This document shows positions 34,045-39,469 of a stretch of 39,469 nt of DNA, one piece after another; position 1 is the first letter of the stretch, and every line of letters begins with the position of its first letter. The position numbers and the translations under genes were made by a program. The notes beneath the pieces were generated by a model that was not told the DNA's origin, ran no database searches, and saw nothing but the letters and a program-made list of their open reading frames with translations. Source of the stretch: a virus (Duplodnaviria > Caudoviricetes); IMG/VR virus record IMGVR_UViG_3300043405_000022, positions 1 to 39,469 of that record; one strand, written 5' to 3'.

Positions 34045-36422
34045 GCCTCGCGACAGCGGCCGCCGACTATGCGCGGCGAGGCTGGCCGATCTTTCCGCTT
34101 GTCCCGCGGGACAAGACCCCCCTGATCCGGGGCGGGCGCGGCTGCCTCGACGCGACGACCGACGCGCCCCGGATCAGCGCGTGGTGGGGCGAGGCCCCGG
34201 ACGCCGGGATCGGGCTCCACTGCGGGCCGGCGGCGGGCTGCTGGGTGCTCGACGTAGACGCGGGCAAGCCCGGCGAGGCGCTGATCCGCGCGCTGGCCGA
34301 GCGGTACGGCTGGCCGGAGACCCTCCAGGCGGCGACCGGAGGCGGCGGCGCGCACTATTTCTGGCGCTACCCCGACGGGAGAGCGATTAAAAACCGCGTC
34401 GGGATCCGGCAGAACGGGGCGCGCGTCGAGGGGATCGACGTGCGGAGCGCGGGCGGCTACGTCGTCCTGGCCCCGTCGGGGCATCCGAGCGGCGGCTGGT
34501 ATCAGTGGGCGAACAACGCCGCGATCCAAGAGGCTCCCGAGTGGCTCCTGGATCTGGTCGCACCGCCGACGATCCCGACGCCGACGCGCACCTACGTCCC
34601 GCCGCCGCCGACCGAGCGCGATCGGGAGCGCCGGTACTGCGAGGCCGCGCTAGGACGGGCGTGCGAGCGGATCGCCGGGCTCCGGGAGGGCCGCCGGGAG
34701 GCGCTGCGGAACGAGTCGTATACGGCGGGCGGCTGGGTCGGGGCGGGGCTCCTCGACCGGGGCCGCGCTGAGCGCGACCTGCTCGACGCGGCGGCGGCCT
34801 GCGGGGCGACCGAGCGCCACGACTGCCCGCGGGTCGTCGCCTACGGACTGGACACCGGGGCCGCCCGACCGCGCCGCCCCGAGCTGCGCGCGGACGACGA
34901 CTGGCGCCCGACGGCCCCGACCCCGCGCGGTCCGGACCTGAGCGCGCCGCCGCCCTGGCTCGACGACGGGCCGGAGGAGGATGGGCCTGAGGAGCCTGGG
35001 GAGGCCGAGCCGGATCGTCCGACCCACTGCACCGACACCGGGAACGCCCGGCGCCTCGGCCGGCGGCACGGCGCGGACCTGCGGTACTGCACGGCGCGAT
35101 CGGCGGACGGCTGGCTGGTCTGGTCGGGCTCGGCCTGGCGCCCCGACGAGACGCGGCAGGTCCGTCGGTGGGCGGTCGAGGTGGCCGAGGAGGTCGCGAC
35201 GCTCGCGGCCGAGCTGGAGGCCGCCGCGCCGGCCGCGGACGATCCGAAGACAGCAGCGGCGATCGCGCGCGGGGTCGCGAAGTGGGCCGCGCAGTCAGAG
35301 AACGACCGCGGGATCCGGGGGACGCTGGCCTGCGCGGCGGACCTGCCGGGGATCGTCCTCCAGGGCGGCGAGCTGGACGCGGACCCGTGGCTGCTCGGCG
35401 TCCCGAACGGGACGATCGACCTCCGCACGGGCCGGCTTCGGGAGGCGCGGCGGGAGGACCTGATCACGCTCCAGGCCGGGGCGCCGTTCGACCCGAGCGC
35501 GAAGGCCCCGGCGTGGGAGCGGTTCTTAGGCGAGGTGTTCGGGGGCGATCAGGACGTGATCGCCTACGTCCGGCGAGTCGCGGGGTACAGCCTCGTCGGG
35601 CTGACCTCTGAGCAGATCCTTCTGATCCTGCACGGCAACGGCCAGAACGGAAAGAGCACCTTCGTTAACGCCCTGCGCGCGGCGTTCGGCCAATACGCGG
35701 GGACGATGGCGCCTGAGTCGCTGCTCTCCAAGCCCGAGGGCACGATCAACGAGGGGATCGCCAGCCTCGCGTCGGCGCGCTTCGTCGCGGTCTCGGAGAT
35801 CCCTGAGGGCAGGAAGCTCGACGAGGCGCTGATCAAGGAGATCACCGGTAGCGAGCCGATCCGCGTCCGGTTCCTGAACCGGAACTCCTTCGAGTTCGAG
35901 CCCAAATTCACGATCTGGTGGTCGCTGAACCACCGCCCCGAGGTGCGCGGGACCGACCTCGGGATCTGGCGCCGGCTTCAGCTTGTGCCCTTTGAACGCA
36001 CGTTCACCGAGGCCGAGAAGGATCCTCACCTCAAGGCCAAGCTGGCGGCCGAGGCGCCCGGGATCCTGGCCTGGGCTGTCTGGGGGTGCCTGGAGTGGCA
36101 GGCCGGGGGGCTCAACCCCCCCGAGCGCGTCCGGATCGCGGGCGAGGAGTACCGTCAGGACTCCGATCGCCTGACGGTGTTCCTTGCCGATCGGTGTCGG
36201 GCCGGCCCCGGTGAGATGGCCGGTAACACCGATATATACCTGTCTTATAAAGAGTGGGCCGAGGAGGCCGGGGAGTACGCATGGTCACAGCGCAAGCTGA
36301 CCCAGGAGCTGAAGGCCCGGGGGTTCGTCCAGGACTCTCGCCGCGACACGGGACGGTGCTGGCGGGGGCTCAGCCTGACGGTGCGCGCCCGGGTCAAGTC
36401 CGATCGGTGGAGCGACCGATGA
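34041..36422 (+). CDS. Bifunctional Prim-Pol primase / P4-family (D5-like) SF3 helicase
   Basis: GWPIFPL, VLDVD, TGGGGAHYFW, GIDVRSAGGYVV; TDTGNA; Walker A GNGQNGKST. Confidence 0.9.
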   Translation: MSLATAAADYARRGWPIFPLVPRDKTPLIRGGRGCLDATTDAPRISAWWGEAPDAGIGLHCGPAAGCWVLDVDAGKPGEALIRALAERYGWPETLQAATGGGGAHYFWRYPDGRAIKNRVGIRQNGARVEGIDVRSAGGYVVLAPSGHPSGGWYQWANNAAIQEAPEWLLDLVAPPTIPTPTRTYVPPPPTERDRERRYCEAALGRACERIAGLREGRREALRNESYTAGGWVGAGLLDRGRAERDLLDAAAACGATERHDCPRVVAYGLDTGAARPRRPELRADDDWRPTAPTPRGPDLSAPPPWLDDGPEEDGPEEPGEAEPDRPTHCTDTGNARRLGRRHGADLRYCTARSADGWLVWSGSAWRPDETRQVRRWAVEVAEEVATLAAELEAAAPAADDPKTAAAIARGVAKWAAQSENDRGIRGTLACAADLPGIVLQGGELDADPWLLGVPNGTIDLRTGRLREARREDLITLQAGAPFDPSAKAPAWERFLGEVFGGDQDVIAYVRRVAGYSLVGLTSEQILLILHGNGQNGKSTFVNALRAAFGQYAGTMAPESLLSKPEGTINEGIASLASARFVAVSEIPEGRKLDEALIKEITGSEPIRVRFLNRNSFEFEPKFTIWWSLNHRPEVRGTDLGIWRRLQLVPFERTFTEAEKDPHLKAKLAAEAPGILAWAVWGCLEWQAGGLNPPERVRIAGEEYRQDSDRLTVFLADRCRAGPGEMAGNTDIYLSYKEWAEEAGEYAWSQRKLTQELKARGFVQDSRRDTGRCWRGLSLTVRARVKSDRWSDR

Positions 36423-36649
36423 CACTTCGGACACTTCGCGGACACTTCTGTCTACACTTCTTGTTGGCCTCAAACGCCAATGCGGACACTTCGGACACTT
36501 CTATCGGACCTATATACTCTAATGCGCGCGCGCGCGCGCATACGCATAGGTTCCGTAGGTCCCCGCGAAGTGTCCGAAGTGTCCGGGTCGTGCTTCAACC
36601 GGCAAAAGAAGTGTCACGCGAAGTGTCCGCGAAGTGTCCGCGAAGTGTC
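36421..36649. repeat. Iteron array / probable replication origin
   Basis: GACACTTC at 36421, 36430, 36441, (36453 degenerate), 36485, 36494; inverted GAAGTGTC at 36567, 36576, 36608, 36620, 36631, 36642; central AT(GC)8AT palindrome 36522-36541. Confidence 0.8.
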
Positions 36650-36717
36650 CGCGCCCTGCGGCCCCTGACGGTGCGGGGCGGCGTTCTCGGGCCGTGGGTT
36701 GTGGCGGGAGGTGCCGC

Positions 36718-37050
36718 ATGAGGAAGCGGCAAGCCAAGAAGATCCTCAAGCGAGTCTTGGCGCTACCCAGGCGCTGGCGGTTCCGGGCATCGCTCCGCCC
36801 CGAGGTCGCCCGTGCGACCCGGCGACTGCACCGCGACGAGCTTCGGCGTGGCCGGGCCTGGGTCGACTGGTCGGACCTGGGCGCCGCGCTGGACAGCGTT
36901 GCGTTTTACGCCTGGGTCGCCAGTCGTCGGACGAAGCGACCGGCGCCTGAGGGGGCCTGGGGCTCGTCGCACCCGTGGCCGCGCGATCTCCGGACGCTGG
37001 ACAAGGTGCGGGCGAGACTGTGGCCGCCGAAGAAGGGAGGTGGACGGTGA
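36718..37050 (+). CDS. Basic hypothetical protein
   Basis: GGAGG before ATG 36718; MRKRQAKK; GTGA overlap with next gene. Confidence 0.55.
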   Translation: MRKRQAKKILKRVLALPRRWRFRASLRPEVARATRRLHRDELRRGRAWVDWSDLGAALDSVAFYAWVASRRTKRPAPEGAWGSSHPWPRDLRTLDKVRARLWPPKKGGGR

Positions 37051-37586
37051 GCGCGGACGGGGCGCGGACGGGGCGCGGGCGGAGCGCGGGCGTCAGGCAT
37101 CCCCCCGAGACGCGGGCGCGGGCGGTCGAGCTGCGCGCGGCGGGGCGGTCTATCCGGGAGATCGCCGCTGAGCTGGGCGTCAACAAATCGACCGTTGAGC
37201 GGTGGCTGGCCGCCCCGGCCGTGGCCGCCGCCGTGGAACGGATCACCGAGGCCGTCGCCGTCCGCGTCGAAGAGGCCGCCGTAGATCGCCTCGCCGCGGC
37301 GCGCATCGCCTCTCAGGATCGCCTCCTCGGGATCCTCCCGGACGCCGAGGAGGCCCTCGGCGCGATCGTCCGGGACGCCGACGCCGACCCTCACGCGCGG
37401 CTCCGCGGGATCGCGATGGTCCAGGACCGCGTCCTCGGGAAGATACCGAGCCCCGACAAGGCCGGCCCGGCCGCGATCATCAACGTCAACCACCCCAGCG
37501 CACGCGAGGTCGCCGCCGTCCTCGACGCCCGCCCCCTCGACGAGCTGCGCGCCGCCGCCTACGGCAACCGGGAGCCGGCCCGGTGA
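37047..37586 (+). CDS. terS: Terminase small subunit (N-terminal HTH)
   Basis: RARAVELRAAGRSIREIAAELGVNKSTVERW HTH, DRVLGK; immediately before terL; GGAGG RBS. Confidence 0.65.
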   Translation: MSADGARTGRGRSAGVRHPPETRARAVELRAAGRSIREIAAELGVNKSTVERWLAAPAVAAAVERITEAVAVRVEEAAVDRLAAARIASQDRLLGILPDAEEALGAIVRDADADPHARLRGIAMVQDRVLGKIPSPDKAGPAAIINVNHPSAREVAAVLDARPLDELRAAAYGNREPAR

Positions 37587-39106
37587 CCGCCGTCCTGCCG
37601 ACGCCCGAGGACGCCACGCGCGCCACGATCCGCGATCACCTCGCGATCCGGTCGCTGTACGACTTCGTGCGGCAAGCGTGGCCGATCGTCGACACGAAGC
37701 CGTTCCTCGGGGCGTGGCATATCGAGCTGATCTGCCGCGAGCTGGAGGCCGTCACCCGCGGCGACACGCGCGAGCTCGTCGTCTGCATCCCGCCGGGGCA
37801 CGCGAAGTCCCTGATCGTCGGCGTGCTGTGGCCCGCGTGGACGTGGCTGCATCGGCCCCAGGAGCGCACCCTCGTCGTCAGCAATTCGAAGGACCTCGTC
37901 AAGCGCGACTCCTGGCGCACCCGGCTCATCCTCCGCTCGCCGTGGTACCAGGGGCTCGCGGATCTGGCGGCCGTCCTCCGCGGCGACATCGAGCCCGGCC
38001 AGACCTCCTGGCGCCTGGCCGAGGACCAGGACGAGAAGATCGACTTCGCGAACAGCGCGCTCGGCCGGCGGTGGTGCGCGCCGATCGGCGGCGCGATCAC
38101 GGGGCAGCGCGGCGACGGGCTCATCGTGGACGATCCCTCGGATGTGAAGGACGTCCTCCTCGGCGACGCGGCGACGGTCGGGCGCCGCATGCGGGAGGTC
38201 GCCGACGTCTACGACCAGGTGCTGAGCAGCCGCGCGGAGCGGTGGCGCGTCGTCATCATGCAGCGCCTCCACCCCGACGATCTCGCGGGGGTGCGGCTGA
38301 GGGCCGGGGCTCGGGCCGTCGTCCTGCCGGCGGAGGGCGAGCCGAGCCGCCCCGACCGCCACCCCGAGGATCGTCGCACCGCCGGGGAGCCCCTGTTCCC
38401 CGCGCTGTACGCCCGCGACGATCCGAGCGGCGATCCCGTCCAGGGCCTCGCGAACCGGCGCAAGAACCTCGGCGCCCACGCCGCCGCCGCGCAGCTCGAC
38501 CAGCGCCCGTCCGCGAAGGCCGGGACGCTCATCCTCCGGAGCCACCTCGGGAACCGCTACCAGTTCAACCCGCGCACCGCGCCGTTCGATCAGATCGCGA
38601 TGACGGTGGATGCGAGCGTGAAGAAGACGCAAGCGGGCTCCTTTTTCGTCGCGCAGATGTGGGGCCGGCACGGGGTATTGCGCTACCTCCTCGACCAGCG
38701 CCGGTTCCGCGAGAACTACGACGCCCAAGAGCAGGCGGTCAAGGACCTGTATGCGCTGTGGCGCCCCGGCCTCACGCTCATCGAGGACAAGGCGAACGGC
38801 TCGGTGATCCTGCCCCGGCTGAAGGCGATCATCCCCGGCATCGTCGCGTACCAGCCCGGCGGCGACAAGGTGATGCGCGTCCAGGGGTGCCTGCCGATCT
38901 TTGAGGCCGGCCAGGTGTGGCTCCCCGATGCGGCGATTGCACCGTGGATCGGCGAGTACATCGAGGAGCTGTGCGCGTTCCCCTACGGGGGCTTTGATGA
39001 TCAGGTGGATTCGACCACGCAGATCCTTCTGTACTGGCAGCAGCAGTCGGGGGTCTTCGACTCGCGCACCTTCGCCGCCGGACTCGCAAACTTCACCGGG
39101 AGATAG
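37583..39106 (+). CDS. terL: Terminase large subunit
   Basis: IPPGHAKS Walker A, ITGQRGD.LIVDDP Walker B, IMQRLH.DDL, DDQVD nuclease motif. Confidence 0.9.
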   Translation: MTAVLPTPEDATRATIRDHLAIRSLYDFVRQAWPIVDTKPFLGAWHIELICRELEAVTRGDTRELVVCIPPGHAKSLIVGVLWPAWTWLHRPQERTLVVSNSKDLVKRDSWRTRLILRSPWYQGLADLAAVLRGDIEPGQTSWRLAEDQDEKIDFANSALGRRWCAPIGGAITGQRGDGLIVDDPSDVKDVLLGDAATVGRRMREVADVYDQVLSSRAERWRVVIMQRLHPDDLAGVRLRAGARAVVLPAEGEPSRPDRHPEDRRTAGEPLFPALYARDDPSGDPVQGLANRRKNLGAHAAAAQLDQRPSAKAGTLILRSHLGNRYQFNPRTAPFDQIAMTVDASVKKTQAGSFFVAQMWGRHGVLRYLLDQRRFRENYDAQEQAVKDLYALWRPGLTLIEDKANGSVILPRLKAIIPGIVAYQPGGDKVMRVQGCLPIFEAGQVWLPDAAIAPWIGEYIEELCAFPYGGFDDQVDSTTQILLYWQQQSGVFDSRTFAAGLANFTGR

Positions 39107-39469
39107 CCATGCTTCGCCTCTTGTCCCTACTCTTCGCCCCTGCGCCCGCGCCGCCCGCCTCCGCTCCGACGGCGCCGGCCTCGGGCCGCCGCGACGCCCT
39201 GTTCAACCCCCTCAGCGGGCTCGGTGGGAGCGGCGACAAGGGCCGCGCCGCCCGGCCCGACGTCTACGCCGAGCCCCTGACCCGCGGCGAGCTGCTCGCC
39301 CTGTACCGCGACGACGGCTACGCCCGGCGGATCGTCGACGTGTTCGCGCAGGAGGGCGTCCGGAAGGGCTGGCGCTGCGACGACTCGACGGCGAAGTCGA
39401 ACGTGATGGAAGGAGAGGACCGCCGCCTCCAGACGCGGGCGCGGGTCCGCCGCGCCTGGGCCGCCGCGC
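38686..39469 (+). repeat. Imperfect terminal direct repeat, copy 2
   Basis: Aligns with 1-790. Confidence 0.95.
39109..39469 (+). CDS. Portal protein, second copy (3' truncated by window edge)
   Basis: Near-identical to 424-790. Confidence 0.85.
   Translation, partial: MLRLLSLLFAPAPAPPASAPTAPASGRRDALFNPLSGLGGSGDKGRAARPDVYAEPLTRGELLALYRDDGYARRIVDVFAQEGVRKGWRCDDSTAKSNVMEGEDRRLQTRARVRRAWAAA

Larger units (their letters stand above)
1..39469. mobile_element. Temperate contractile-tailed phage genome (complete unit ~38,685 bp plus terminal redundancy)
   Basis: Full head, tail, lysis, integration, immunity, replication and packaging modules; no host genes recognised; ends overlap in terL/portal. 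Confidence 0.95.

Noticed and set aside
36421-36649. Repeat array as a mini-CRISPR
   Set aside because: Repeats are only 8 bp, in two orientations, without regular unique spacers; no cas genes.
216-38904. Many long Arg/Pro/Gly-rich ORFs in the ORF track (e.g. 216-1451, 316-1761, 31320-33083, 37678-38904)
   Set aside because: Shadow frames of GC-rich genes; no motifs and they fully overlap well-supported CDSs.
1-39469. Frequent GATC/GCGATCGC (HIP1-like) words
   Set aside because: Can be explained by Ala-Ile-Ala codons (GCG ATC GCN) in GC-rich genes; enrichment not testable without a codon-aware count.

Overview
The window is essentially one complete, GC-rich temperate myovirus genome (unit length about 38,685 bp). 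It starts inside the large terminase gene and ends about 790 bp into a second, slightly diverged copy of the same terL-portal junction (about 96% identical). The + strand late arm carries portal, MuF head protein with a zinc-metalloprotease extension and a small partner gene, DUF2213-type prohead protease/scaffold, an enlarged decoration protein, DUF2184-type capsid, neck, sheath, tube, frameshifted tail chaperones, tape measure, baseplate, fibres and lysis genes. A - strand DUF4258/MqsA-like toxin-antitoxin moron and an inverted baseplate wedge gene interrupt the baseplate operon. After the lysis genes come an attP-like region, a tyrosine integrase with Xis and a leftward early operon containing RecT. 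A cI/cro switch with four AACAG-N5-CTGTT operators follows, then a rightward operon with a CII-like protein, RuvC-like resolvase, adenine methyltransferase, Prim-Pol/SF3 helicase, an iteron origin, terS and terL. The most notable signals are: (1) a predicted ~70-nt antisense RNA with its own promoter and terminator over the translation start of the replication genes; (2) the MuF-protease/immunity pair; (3) the inverted wedge gene, which shares a GTTGC-N7-GAAAC site with the head promoter; (4) a CTG-initiated baseplate J; (5) the diverged terminal repeat, which hints at tandem prophages. All family assignments are from motif recognition and gene order by eye; no database searches were run and the host cannot be determined.
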